DNA of 64,000 bases from positions 288,001 through 352,000 of the forward strand of contig CAVPCT010000005.1 of the NCBI GenBank assembly GCA_963702475.1. The letters are read 5' to 3'. Numbering within the stretch: the first letter of the stretch is position 1; every line of letters starts with the position of its first letter. The translations under genes were made by a program, and so were the position numbers. This stretch comes from an uncultured Thermoleophilia bacterium (GTDB taxonomy: Bacteria; Actinomycetota; Thermoleophilia; UBA2241). The notes beneath the pieces were generated by a model. The model did no database searches and was not told where the DNA came from. It was given only the letters and a program-made list of their open reading frames with translations. Below, one piece after another: positions 1-9,292 of this stretch.

Positions 1-1
1 C

Positions 2-334
2 GTGAACGGCGTCGTGGGCCTCATCCACCGCCACGGCGGCCTCGCCGTGGCAGCCCACATCGACCGCCGCAGCTTCGGCGTGATCGGCCAGCTCGGCTTC
101 TTTCCCGATGAGGCGGGCTTCGACGCCGTGGAGGTGTCACGGCACGTGGGCCCCGGTGACGAGGCCGAAGCGCCGTTCCTGGAGCACAGCCTGCCCCTGG
201 TGCACTCGTCGGACGCGCACTATCTGGCCGACATCGGCGCCGCCCGCACGGCGGTGCGCTGCGAGCGCCCCGGCTTCGCCGAGCTGGCCCTGGCGCTCGC
301 CTGCCGCGACGGGAGGGGACTCGGCGATGCATGA
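2..334 (+). CDS. PHP-domain phosphoesterase (5' partial), hydrogenase-locus associated
   Basis: AAHIDR and SSDAH metal-binding motifs of the PHP family; overlaps next gene. Confidence 0.8.
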   Translation: MNGVVGLIHRHGGLAVAAHIDRRSFGVIGQLGFFPDEAGFDAVEVSRHVGPGDEAEAPFLEHSLPLVHSSDAHYLADIGAARTAVRCERPGFAELALALACRDGRGLGDA

Positions 335-821
335 CCTCTCCCTCTACCTGCTCGACATCCTCGAGAACTCCGTGCGCGCTGGAGCCACGGTGATCGCCAC
401 GCGCATCACCGCCGACCGTGTCGCCGGGACACTGGCGATCGACGTACAGGACGACGGCCCTGGGCTGCCGGTGCAGCCGGAGGCCGCCCTGGACCCGTTC
501 TTCACGACCAAGGAGCGCAAGAAGACCGGCCTCGGCCTCAGCCTCTTCCGGCAGGCGGCCGAGGAGGCCGGCGGCGGCCTCACCGTGGGCCGCTCGGCCG
601 AGCTCGGAGGCGTGCAGGTGCACGCCTGGCTCGGCCTCGACAACGTGGATCGGCCGCCGCTGGGCGACGTGGCGGCCAGCATCCTCACCATGGTCGCCAC
701 CAACCCGCAGATCGACTTCCGCGTGGACCTCACGGACGACGACGCGCATGTGGAGGTGCGCGGCAGCGAGCTGCCGGGAAGGCTCCCGACCCTCGTCGCC
801 TACCAGGAGGCCCTCACCTGA
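327..821 (+). CDS. HATPase_c (histidine kinase-like / anti-sigma-type) ATPase
   Basis: MHDLSLYLLDILENSVRAGA (N box), DDGPG (G1), DPFFTTK (F), GLGL (G2); no HisKA domain; typical of genes preceding hydCDBA operons. Confidence 0.85.
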   Translation: MHDLSLYLLDILENSVRAGATVIATRITADRVAGTLAIDVQDDGPGLPVQPEAALDPFFTTKERKKTGLGLSLFRQAAEEAGGGLTVGRSAELGGVQVHAWLGLDNVDRPPLGDVAASILTMVATNPQIDFRVDLTDDDAHVEVRGSELPGRLPTLVAYQEALT

Positions 822-903
822 TCCCGACCACCGACCCGCAGAACTCGGCAACCATGCCCTGCGAGCGCGACGGCTCGCAGCGACCCACGTGAAGGAGAGC
901 CGC

Positions 904-1443
904 ATGAATGAAGAAGTCAGAGGGTGCGCCTGCTGCACCGAGGAACCGACCGAGGAAGAGCTCCTCGAGCGCCTCGATGCGGTGATCGCCGACTACAAAG
1001 GCAAGCCCGGGGCGCTCATCCCGGTGCTGCAGCTTGCCCAGGGCATCTTCGGGTACCTGCCCGAGGTCGCCCTGAAGCACATCGCCAGGGAGCTCAAGAA
1101 GCCGTACAGCGAAGTGGCCGGCGTCGTGGGCTTCTATTCGTTCTTCACGACCGTGCCGCGCGGCAAGCACCTCATCCGCATCTGCCTCGGCACGGCCTGC
1201 TACGTGCGCGGCGGCGTCGCCGTCCTGGACGCCTTCAAGAAGCAGCTCGGCATCGATATCGGCGGCACCACCGAGGATCGCAACTTCTCGCTGGAGATCG
1301 GCCGCTGCTTCGGCGCCTGCGGCCTGGCCCCCGTGATCATGGTCGACGACGACGTGCACCACCGCGTCAAGCCCAAGCGCGTCAACGAGATCCTCGCGCA
1401 GTACGCCGTCGAGGAGCTCGTCCTGGCGGAGAGGAGCGCCTGA
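904..1443 (+). CDS. hydC: [FeFe]-hydrogenase 1 NuoE-like [2Fe-2S] subunit
   Basis: LIPVLQ...FGYLP, VVGFYSFF, CLGTAC and CFGAC motifs; RBS GAAGGAG before ATG 904. Confidence 0.93.
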   Translation: MNEEVRGCACCTEEPTEEELLERLDAVIADYKGKPGALIPVLQLAQGIFGYLPEVALKHIARELKKPYSEVAGVVGFYSFFTTVPRGKHLIRICLGTACYVRGGVAVLDAFKKQLGIDIGGTTEDRNFSLEIGRCFGACGLAPVIMVDDDVHHRVKPKRVNEILAQYAVEELVLAERSA

Positions 1444-1817
1444 TGGCCGACAGGATCACCAGCCCCGACCAGTTGAAGGCGCTGGCCGCCAAGGCCAAGG
1501 CCGACATCGACCTGCGTGAGGGGCGCAAGGAACGTCAAGTCACGGTGCACATGGGCACCTGCGGCATCGCCGCCGGCGCGCGCGGTGTCGTGGCCGCATT
1601 CATGACCGAGATGGCCGCCGCCGGCGTACAGGACGTGAGCCTGCACCAGTCGGGCTGCGCCGGTCTGTGCGAAGAGGAGCCCATGGCCACCGTCACCATG
1701 CCCGACGGCACCCTCTACCGCTACGGTCTCCTCGACGACGCCAAGGTGCACGCCATCGTCGAGCAGCACCTCGTGGGCGGCATCCCGGTCGACGCGTACC
1801 TCATCCAGCAGAGCTGA
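1443..1817 (+). CDS. hydD: Thioredoxin-like (2Fe-2S) ferredoxin subunit (HydD/HndB-like)
   Basis: VHMGTCGIAAGAR, SGCAGLCEEEP; TGATG overlap with hydC. Confidence 0.85.
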   Translation: MADRITSPDQLKALAAKAKADIDLREGRKERQVTVHMGTCGIAAGARGVVAAFMTEMAAAGVQDVSLHQSGCAGLCEEEPMATVTMPDGTLYRYGLLDDAKVHAIVEQHLVGGIPVDAYLIQQS

Positions 1818-1834
1818 AGGCGAGTGAACTGACT

Positions 1835-4800
1835 ATGGCTGATGTGAGAAGTCAACTGCTGATCTGCACCGGCGGCGGCTGCATCGCCTCGGGCGCGCTG
1901 GAGGTGAGCGAGGCCATGCGTGCCGAGCTCGTCAAGCGCGAGCTCGCGGGCGAGGTGGGCGTCATCGAGACCGGTTGCCTGGGCCCGTGCGTGCAGGGCC
2001 CCGTGGCGCTCGTCTATCCGGACGGCGTCTTCTACCAGAACGTGCACGTCGAGGACGTGCCGGAGATCGTCGAGGAGCACCTGCTCAAGGGCCGCATCGT
2101 CGAGCGCCTCGTGAGCCACGCCCCCGGTACGGACCGCACCCAGGCGGAGATGGACGACATCCCGTTCTTCAACCGCCAGGTCAAGATCGTGCTGCGCAAC
2201 AGCGGCATCATCGACCCCCTCAAGATCGACGAGTACATCGCCCGTGAGGGCTACCAGGCCCTGGCCAAGGTGCTCACCGAGATGACGCCCGAGCAGGTCG
2301 TGGAAGAGGTCCTGGCGTCCGGCCTGCGCGGTCGCGGCGGCGCCGGGTTCCCCACCGGCATGAAGTGGAAGTTCGCGCAGCAGCAGGACAACGACACCAA
2401 GTACATCCTCTGCAACGCCGACGAGGGCGACCCCGGGGCGTTCATGGACCGCTCGGTGCTGGAGGGCGACCCGCACTCGCTCATCGAGGGCATGGTCATC
2501 GGCGCCTTCGCCATCGGCGCGCACCAGGGCTACGTGTACGTGCGCGCCGAGTACCCGCTGGCCGTGGAGCGCCTCAACCACGCCCTCGGCCAGGCGCGCG
2601 AGTACGGCCTGCTGGGCGACGACATCATGGGCAGCGGCTTCGCCTTCGACCTCGAGATCCGCATGGGGTCGGGCGCCTTCGTGTGCGGCGAGGAGACCGC
2701 GCTCATGACCTCCATCGAGGGCAACCGCGGTGAGCCACGCCCGCGCCCGCCGTTCCCGGCGGTCTCGGGCCTCTGGGGCAAGCCCAGCGTCCTCAACAAC
2801 GTGGAGACCTTCGCCAACATCGCGCCGATCATCCTCAAGGGCGCCGCGTGGTACGCCAGCACCGGTACCGAGCAGAGCAAGGGCACCAAGGTGTTCGCGC
2901 TCGGCGGCAACGTGCTGCACACCGGCCTCGTCGAGGTCCCGATCGGCATGCAGCTCGGCGAGCTCATCTTCGAGGTCGGCGGCGGCATCCCGAACGGCAA
3001 GGAGTACAAGGCCGCCCAGCTCGGCGGTCCCTCCGGCGGCTGCATCCCCAAGGAGCACCTCAACGTCCCCGTCGACTACGCCACCCTCCAGGCGCTCGGC
3101 GCCATCATGGGCTCCGGCGGCATCATCGTCATGGACGAGGACACCTGCATGGTGGATATCGCCCGCTTCTTCCTGGAGTTCACGCAGGAGGAGAGCTGCG
3201 GCAAGTGCCCGCCCTGCCGCGTCGGCACCAAGCGCATGCTCGAGATCGTCGAGCGGATCACGCGCGGTGAGGGCGAGGAGGGCGACATCGAGCGCCTCGT
3301 GGCCCTCGGCGAGACCATCAGCCAGACCGCCCTCTGCGGCCTCGGCCAGACGGCGGCCAACCCCGTGCTGAGCACCATCCGCCACTTCCGCCACGAGTAC
3401 GAGGCCCACATCAAGGACAAGTACTGCGAGGCCGGCGTCTGCTCGACGATGTTCAAGGCGCGCTGCTCCAACGCGTGCCCGGCGAGCGTCAACATCCCCG
3501 GCTTCGTGAGCCTCGTGGGCGAGGAGCGCTACGACGAGGCCCTCAAGCTGCACCGCGAACGCAACCCGCTGGCCAGCATCTGCGCCCGCGTCTGCTTCCA
3601 CCCTTGCGAGAGCAAGTGCATGCGTTCCAGCCTCGACGGGGCCCTGGCCATCCGCCACGTCAAGCGCTTCATGGTCGAGCAGGAGAAGGAACCGCAGCTG
3701 CCGGAGATCATGGCCAGCGACGAGAACGCCGCCCGCAAGGTCGCCATCGTCGGCTCCGGGCCGGCCGGCCTCTCGGCCGCCTACTTCCTCGCCCGGCTGG
3801 GCTACAAGCCGGTCGTGTTCGAGGCCGAGCCCAAGGCCGGCGGCATGCTCGTCCAGGCCATCCCGGCCTACCGCCTGCCGCGCCACGAGCTCGAGCGCGA
3901 AGTCACGATGATCGAGGCCATGGGCGCACGCTTCGAGTACAACAAGGCGCTCGGCCGCGACTTCACCCTCAAGCAGCTCAAGGACGAGGGGTATGAGGCC
4001 GTGTTCGTGGCCGTCGGCGCCCCGCAGGGCATGGGCATCGGCGTGCCGGGCGAAGACGGCCCCGGCGTGTACGACGGCCTCTCCTTCCTCAAGCAGTACA
4101 ACGTCGACGGCAAGGGCGAGGTCGGCAAGAACGTGGTGGTGGTCGGCGGCGGCAACGCGGCCATCGACGCTGCCCGCACGGCCATCCGCCTGGGCGCCGA
4201 GAGCGTCAGGATCCTGTATCGCCGCACGCGTGCCGAGATGCCCGCGTGGGGCGAAGAAGTCGACGCCGCCGACATCGAGGGCATCGAGATCGTCACGCTC
4301 GTCGCCCCGGAGGAGATCCTCCGCGACGCGAGCGGCAAGGTCACCGGCGTGCGCTGCAGAGAAATGGCGCTCGGCGACTACGACAAGAGCGGCCGGCGCC
4401 GGCCGGTGGCAGGCCACAACCCGTCGTTCACGGTCGAAGCCGACACCGTGATCGCCGCCATCGGCCAGAAGCTCGACGCGCCGGCCATCCTGGACGGCAC
4501 CCCGGTCGAGCTCAACCGCTGGGGCTACCTCTCCGCCGACCCCGACACCGGCCAGACGTCCGCCGACTGGGTCTTCACCGGCGGCGACGCCGCCACCGGC
4601 CCGTCCTCGGTGGTCGAGGCCATCGGCGCCGGCGAGAAGGCGGCGGCCGGCATCGACCAGTTCCTCACCGGCGCGAACCACGCGTTCTGGCGCAGGGACA
4701 TCGAGCCGCCGACGTTCTTCGACCCCGACGCCGACCCCCAGCTCGTCGACCGCCACGCGGTGCACGAGCTGGCGGTGACCGACCGCATCAAGAACTTCGA

Positions 4801-4903
4801 CGAAGTCGAGATCAGCTGGGCCGCGGAGGTGGCACTCGCCGAGGCGAGACGCTGCCTGCGCTGCGACTACGGCAAGTACTCGCTCGCCAGCAAGGAGCGC
4901 TGA
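1835..4903 (+). CDS. hydB: [FeFe]-hydrogenase 1 NuoF-like diaphorase subunit fused to a GltD/NfnB-like FAD/NAD(P)H oxidoreductase domain (1022 aa)
   Basis: GRGGAGFPTG, NADEGDPGAFMDR, GAFVCGEET, ESCGKCPPCR; then CSNACP, CARVCFHPCESKC, GSGPAG, GGGNAAID...YRR, EARRCLRC. Confidence 0.92.
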   Translation: MADVRSQLLICTGGGCIASGALEVSEAMRAELVKRELAGEVGVIETGCLGPCVQGPVALVYPDGVFYQNVHVEDVPEIVEEHLLKGRIVERLVSHAPGTDRTQAEMDDIPFFNRQVKIVLRNSGIIDPLKIDEYIAREGYQALAKVLTEMTPEQVVEEVLASGLRGRGGAGFPTGMKWKFAQQQDNDTKYILCNADEGDPGAFMDRSVLEGDPHSLIEGMVIGAFAIGAHQGYVYVRAEYPLAVERLNHALGQAREYGLLGDDIMGSGFAFDLEIRMGSGAFVCGEETALMTSIEGNRGEPRPRPPFPAVSGLWGKPSVLNNVETFANIAPIILKGAAWYASTGTEQSKGTKVFALGGNVLHTGLVEVPIGMQLGELIFEVGGGIPNGKEYKAAQLGGPSGGCIPKEHLNVPVDYATLQALGAIMGSGGIIVMDEDTCMVDIARFFLEFTQEESCGKCPPCRVGTKRMLEIVERITRGEGEEGDIERLVALGETISQTALCGLGQTAANPVLSTIRHFRHEYEAHIKDKYCEAGVCSTMFKARCSNACPASVNIPGFVSLVGEERYDEALKLHRERNPLASICARVCFHPCESKCMRSSLDGALAIRHVKRFMVEQEKEPQLPEIMASDENAARKVAIVGSGPAGLSAAYFLARLGYKPVVFEAEPKAGGMLVQAIPAYRLPRHELEREVTMIEAMGARFEYNKALGRDFTLKQLKDEGYEAVFVAVGAPQGMGIGVPGEDGPGVYDGLSFLKQYNVDGKGEVGKNVVVVGGGNAAIDAARTAIRLGAESVRILYRRTRAEMPAWGEEVDAADIEGIEIVTLVAPEEILRDASGKVTGVRCREMALGDYDKSGRRRPVAGHNPSFTVEADTVIAAIGQKLDAPAILDGTPVELNRWGYLSADPDTGQTSADWVFTGGDAATGPSSVVEAIGAGEKAAAGIDQFLTGANHAFWRRDIEPPTFFDPDADPQLVDRHAVHELAVTDRIKNFDEVEISWAAEVALAEARRCLRCDYGKYSLASKER

Positions 4904-4906
4904 AGG

Positions 4907-6682
4907 ATGCCGACCCTTACCATTGACGGGATCCCTGTCGAGGTCCCTGAGGGCACCACGGTGCTCCAGGCCTCCCGGCAGGCAGGTGTGAAGATCCCCA
5001 CCCTGTGCTACCTGGAAGACGTCCAGTCCATCGGCGCCTGCCGCGTCTGCCTCGTCGAGGTGGAGGGCGCGCGCACGCTGGTCGCCTCGTGCAGCCAGCC
5101 CGCCACCGACGGCATGGTCGTCCACACCAACTCGGGCAAGGTCCGCGACGGCCGCCAGATGGTCCTCGAGCTCCTTCTCTCGGAGCACGACGGCGACTGC
5201 AAGATCTGCGGCCGCTCCGCCGACTGCGAACTCCGCACCCTGGCCGACGAGCTGGGCATCGGCGACCTGCGCTACGAAGGAGAAAAGACCTTCAGGATGA
5301 TCGACGAGAGCACCCCGGCGCTGATCCGTGACACCGGCAAATGCATCAGCTGCCGCCGCTGCGTGACGGTGTGCAACGAGGTCCAGGAAGTGGGCGGACT
5401 GTTCGCCCAGGGCCGCGGCTTCGCCACCCTCATCGGCCCGGCCTTCTCGCAGAACCTCAGCGACGTGGTCTGCGTGCAGTGCGGCCAGTGCGCCGCCGTC
5501 TGCCCCGTCGGGGCCATCCAGGAGCGCAACCAGATCGACGCGGTCTGGGATGCCCTGGACGACCCGACCAAAACGGTGATCGTGCAGACCGCGCCGGCCA
5601 TCCGCGCCGCCCTGGGCGAGTGCTTCGACTACCCGCCGGGCACGCTGGTGACCGGCAAGATGGTCGCGGCGCTGCGCCGCATGGGCTTCAACGCCGTGTT
5701 CGACACCGACTTCACCGCCGACCTCACCATCATGGAGGAGGGCACCGAGCTGCTCGTGCGCCTCAAGAAGGCGCTCGTCGACGGCGAGGAGGTCGCTCTG
5801 CCGCAGTTCTCCAGCTGCTCACCGGGCTGGATCAACTACATGGAGCACTTCAACCCCGACATGCTCGACTGCCTGAGCACCTGCAAGAGCCCGCAGCAGA
5901 TGTTCGGGGCGCTCGCCAAGACCTACTATGCCGAGAAGATCGGCGTGAAGCCGGAGGACATGATCGTCGTCTCCGTCATGCCCTGCACGGCCAAGAAGTA
6001 CGAGGCGGCGCGCCCGGAGATGAACGACAGCGGCGTGCGCGACGTGGATATCGTGCTCACCACGCGTGAGCTCGGCGCCATGATCAAGCAGGCCGGCATC
6101 GACTTCCGCGGCCTGCCCGACGAGCAGATGGACGCGCCGCTCGGCATGAGCACCGGCGCTGCCGACATCTTCGCCAACACCGGCGGCGTCATGGAGGCGG
6201 CTCTGCGCACGGCGTGGGCGATCGTCACCGACAGCAAGCCGTTCCCGTTCGCCGACCTGCATGTCAAACCCATCCAGGGACTCGAGGGCGTCAAGGCCGC
6301 GACCGTCAAGATCGAGGGCGCCAAGGGCGACTGGGCGTTTCTCGAGGGCGCCGACCTCAAGGTCGCCGTGGCCCACGGCCTCGGCAACGCGCAGAAGGTC
6401 ATCGACCAGGTCAAGAGCGGCGAGGCCGAGTACCACTTCGTCGAGGTCATGACCTGCCCCGGCGGCTGCATCGGCGGCGGTGGTCAGCCGCGGCTGACCA
6501 CCAACGAGGTGCGCAAGAAGCGCATGGAGGCCATCTACCGCGAGGACGAGGGCCGAGAGCTGCGCCAGTCGCACGAGAACCCCGCCGTGTGCGAGCTCTA
6601 CGAGGAGTACCTCGGGGCGCCGTGCGGCGAGATCTCGCACCACCTCCTGCACACCCACTACTTCGAGCACGACCGCGTCTGA
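4907..6682 (+). CDS. hydA: [FeFe]-hydrogenase 1 catalytic subunit (group A3-like)
   Basis: N-terminal 2Fe-2S, His-ligated and 2x[4Fe-4S] motifs; H-cluster motifs SSCSPGW, MPCTAKKYE, EVMTCPGGCIGGGGQP. Confidence 0.96.
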   Translation: MPTLTIDGIPVEVPEGTTVLQASRQAGVKIPTLCYLEDVQSIGACRVCLVEVEGARTLVASCSQPATDGMVVHTNSGKVRDGRQMVLELLLSEHDGDCKICGRSADCELRTLADELGIGDLRYEGEKTFRMIDESTPALIRDTGKCISCRRCVTVCNEVQEVGGLFAQGRGFATLIGPAFSQNLSDVVCVQCGQCAAVCPVGAIQERNQIDAVWDALDDPTKTVIVQTAPAIRAALGECFDYPPGTLVTGKMVAALRRMGFNAVFDTDFTADLTIMEEGTELLVRLKKALVDGEEVALPQFSSCSPGWINYMEHFNPDMLDCLSTCKSPQQMFGALAKTYYAEKIGVKPEDMIVVSVMPCTAKKYEAARPEMNDSGVRDVDIVLTTRELGAMIKQAGIDFRGLPDEQMDAPLGMSTGAADIFANTGGVMEAALRTAWAIVTDSKPFPFADLHVKPIQGLEGVKAATVKIEGAKGDWAFLEGADLKVAVAHGLGNAQKVIDQVKSGEAEYHFVEVMTCPGGCIGGGGQPRLTTNEVRKKRMEAIYREDEGRELRQSHENPAVCELYEEYLGAPCGEISHHLLHTHYFEHDRV

Positions 6683-6701
6683 GACGCGGCCGACCACGGT
6701 G

Positions 6702-6771
6702 CCGGCCGGCCCCCGCGGGGGCCGGCCGGGCCACCGGCGGGGCGGGGTGACCCTGAGCACCCCGCCCCGCC
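6702..6771 (+). terminator. Two tandem GC-rich hairpins after hydA1
   Basis: CCGGCCGGCCCCC/GGGGGCCGGCCGG (6702-6729) and GGCGGGGCGGGGTG/CACCCCGCCCCGCC (6736-6771). Confidence 0.6.
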
Positions 6772-6805
6772 ACCCCGCCCGGCGGGGACGGAGAAGGCGA
6801 CCGGC

Positions 6806-6811
6806 TATACT
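6806..6811 (+). promoter_or_regulatory. Candidate -10 element (TATACT) for the signalling operon
   Basis: AT-rich TANNNT hexamer in GC-rich DNA, 12 nt before ATG 6824 and just after terminator hairpins. Confidence 0.45.
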
Positions 6812-6823
6812 GGGAATGAACGC

Positions 6824-7243
6824 ATGACCGCTGAACACCTCATCCTCATCGTCGACGACGACTACGACTTCCTCGAGATGAACCGCTTCATCCTCGAGAA
6901 CGCCGGTTACAGGGTCGTCACCGCCACCAACCCCGCTGAGGCCGCGGCGCGCATCGACGAGGAGGCGCCCGACCTCGTCATCACCGACCTGATGATGACG
7001 AGCATCGACGCCGGCTTCGCGTTCTCGCTCGCGCTCAAGAGCGACCCGCGCACGGCCGCGGTGCCCGTGATCATCTCCACGTCCGTGAGCAGCGCCCTGG
7101 GCCTCGACTTCCACCCGCGGTCCGAGGCGGACCTGGCCAAGATGAACGTGGACGCCTACTTCGACAAGCCTATCGACGCGCAGGCGCTGCTCGCCAAGGT
7201 CGGCGAGCTGCTGTCGCGACGCGCCGAAGGACCCACCCGATGA
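6824..7243 (+). CDS. Single-domain response regulator (receiver)
   Basis: ILIVDDD, PDLVITDLMM, conserved T and KP; no output domain. Confidence 0.9.
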   Translation: MTAEHLILIVDDDYDFLEMNRFILENAGYRVVTATNPAEAAARIDEEAPDLVITDLMMTSIDAGFAFSLALKSDPRTAAVPVIISTSVSSALGLDFHPRSEADLAKMNVDAYFDKPIDAQALLAKVGELLSRRAEGPTR

Positions 7244-9291
7244 ACGAGGACAAAGTGGCTCTCCTTCCCCTGGTCACGACCATCGGCGAGAAGTGCCGCA
7301 CCTGCTACACCTGCGTGCGCGAGTGCCCGGCCAAGGCCATCCAGATCCTCGACGGGCAGGCCAGCGTCATCCAGACGCGCTGCATCGGCTGCGGCAACTG
7401 CGTCACCGTGTGCAGCCAGAACGCCAAGCAGGTGCTCAGCGGCATCGAAGATACGGAGCGCCTTCTGGCCGGGCCCGGACCGGTGGCTGCCATCGTCGCC
7501 CCGAGCTATCCGGCCGAGTTCACCGAGTGCGACACCGGCAGCCTCGTGGCCGCGCTCCGCGAGCTCGGCTTCGCCCAGGTGCACGAGGTCGGCTTCGGCG
7601 CCGACCTCGTGGCGGCCGAGTACCGGCGCCTGCTGGAGACCACCAGCGAGCGCTACGTCTCGACCCCGTGCCCTTCGGTGGTCAGCTTCGTGCGCAAGTA
7701 CCACCCGGACATGCTCGACCGCCTCGCCCCCATCGTCTCGCCCATGCTGGCCATCGCCCGCGTGCTGCACGCCAAGCACGGACCCGACCTCAAGATCGTG
7801 TTCATCGGGCCCTGCATCGCCAAGAAGGGCGAGGCCAGGTACGCGCAGTTCGAGGGTGAGGTGCACGCCGCCCTCACCTTCGTCGAGCTGCGGGCCATGT
7901 TCGCCGCCCGGGGCATCCCCCTGGCCTCGCACCAGGACGACGACGACTTCGACCCGCCGCACGGCAGCCTGGGCGCCCTCTTCCCCATCACGCGCGGCCT
8001 CTTGCAGGCCGCGGACCTGGACGAGGACCTGATGGAGGGCGACATCATCAGCGCCGACGGGCGCGCCAACCTCGCCGACGCCATCATCGACTTCGAGCAC
8101 GGCGAGACCGAGGCGCGCCTCCTCGACATCCTCTGCTGCGAGGGCTGCATCATGGGCGCCGGTTTCAGTACCGAGGCCCACGTCTTCGCGCGCCGCAAGG
8201 AGGTCAGCCGCGAGACCCGACGGCGCCAGCGCGACTTCGACCAGGCGGCCTGGGACGCGGCCGTGGCGGACTTCGCCGACCTCGACCTGAGCCGCACGTT
8301 CCAGCGCTATGACCAGCGCTTCGCCGACTCGCCCACCGACAAGCAGCTCAAGACCGTCCTCGCGCGCATGAACAAGCTCAGCGCGGTCGACGAGCTCGAC
8401 TGCGGCGCCTGCGGCTACGAGACCTGCCGCGACCACGCCGAGGCCGTGTGGCAGGGCCTCGCCGAGGTGGAGATGTGCCTGCCGTACGCGGTCGACGAGC
8501 TCCGCAAGACCGTGGACGAGCTGCAGGAGTCGAACCGCTCCCTGGAGACGACCAAAGAGGCGCTGGTCAAGAGCGAGAAGCTGGCCAGCATGGGTCAGCT
8601 CGCGGCCGGCATCGCCCACGAGGTCAACAACCCCCTCGGCATCCTGCTGCTGCACGCCAACCTGCTCCTCGAGGAGTGCCGGGTCGGAAGCCAGGAGGCC
8701 GACGACGTGAGCCTCATCGTCGACCAGGCGAACCGCTGCAAGAAGATCATCTCGGGGCTGCTGAACTTCGCGCGGCAGAGCCGCGTGGTCCGGCAGCCCA
8801 CCGACCTCAGCGCCCTCGTGCAGGAGGTGCTGCGCACCCTCCCCACCGACGAGGGCGTCGCGATCGCCGTCGACGACCGGCTGTCCGACCCCGTCGCCGA
8901 GGTCGACGCCGACCAGATCGTGCAGGTGCTCACCAACCTGCTCACCAACGCCCAGCACGCCATGCCCGACGGCGGCGCCATCACCGTCACCGTCGACGGC
9001 ACCGAGGAGAACGTCGTCCTCGCGGTCGCCGACGAGGGCTGCGGCATCCCCGAAGAGAACCTCGACAAGCTCTTCAGCCCGTTCTTCACGACCAAACAGG
9101 TGGGCAAAGGCACTGGTCTGGGCCTCGCCGTGAGCCACGGCATCGTCAAGATGCACCGCGGGCAGATCTCGGTGGAGTCCAACGCCGACCCCGCCAAGGG
9201 CCCCACGTACACCACGTTCACCATCGTCTTGCCGCGCTACGAGACCGAGCTCGGTGCGCCGGCCAGCCTGCAGGAGATCACGGAGAGCTGA
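7240..9291 (+). CDS. Sensory [FeFe]-hydrogenase-like domain + FeS domain + histidine kinase (group C / HydS-type)
   Basis: 2x CxxCxxCxxxC ferredoxin; divergent H-cluster motifs STPCPSV, GPCIAKKGE, DILCCEGCIMGAG; CGACGYETC FeS; AHEVNNPL H-box; N, G1, F, G2 boxes. Confidence 0.9.
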   Translation: MNEDKVALLPLVTTIGEKCRTCYTCVRECPAKAIQILDGQASVIQTRCIGCGNCVTVCSQNAKQVLSGIEDTERLLAGPGPVAAIVAPSYPAEFTECDTGSLVAALRELGFAQVHEVGFGADLVAAEYRRLLETTSERYVSTPCPSVVSFVRKYHPDMLDRLAPIVSPMLAIARVLHAKHGPDLKIVFIGPCIAKKGEARYAQFEGEVHAALTFVELRAMFAARGIPLASHQDDDDFDPPHGSLGALFPITRGLLQAADLDEDLMEGDIISADGRANLADAIIDFEHGETEARLLDILCCEGCIMGAGFSTEAHVFARRKEVSRETRRRQRDFDQAAWDAAVADFADLDLSRTFQRYDQRFADSPTDKQLKTVLARMNKLSAVDELDCGACGYETCRDHAEAVWQGLAEVEMCLPYAVDELRKTVDELQESNRSLETTKEALVKSEKLASMGQLAAGIAHEVNNPLGILLLHANLLLEECRVGSQEADDVSLIVDQANRCKKIISGLLNFARQSRVVRQPTDLSALVQEVLRTLPTDEGVAIAVDDRLSDPVAEVDADQIVQVLTNLLTNAQHAMPDGGAITVTVDGTEENVVLAVADEGCGIPEENLDKLFSPFFTTKQVGKGTGLGLAVSHGIVKMHRGQISVESNADPAKGPTYTTFTIVLPRYETELGAPASLQEITES

Positions 9292-9292
9292 C

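Noticed and set aside
1721-5188. Very long antisense and alternate-frame ORFs (e.g. 1155 aa here, 7156-9408, 22589-24610, 26513-28672)
   Set aside because: Shadow ORFs expected in high-GC DNA; they overlap well-supported genes and have no recognisable motifs. The exception is the last 86 codons of 22589-24610, which are the glutaredoxin.
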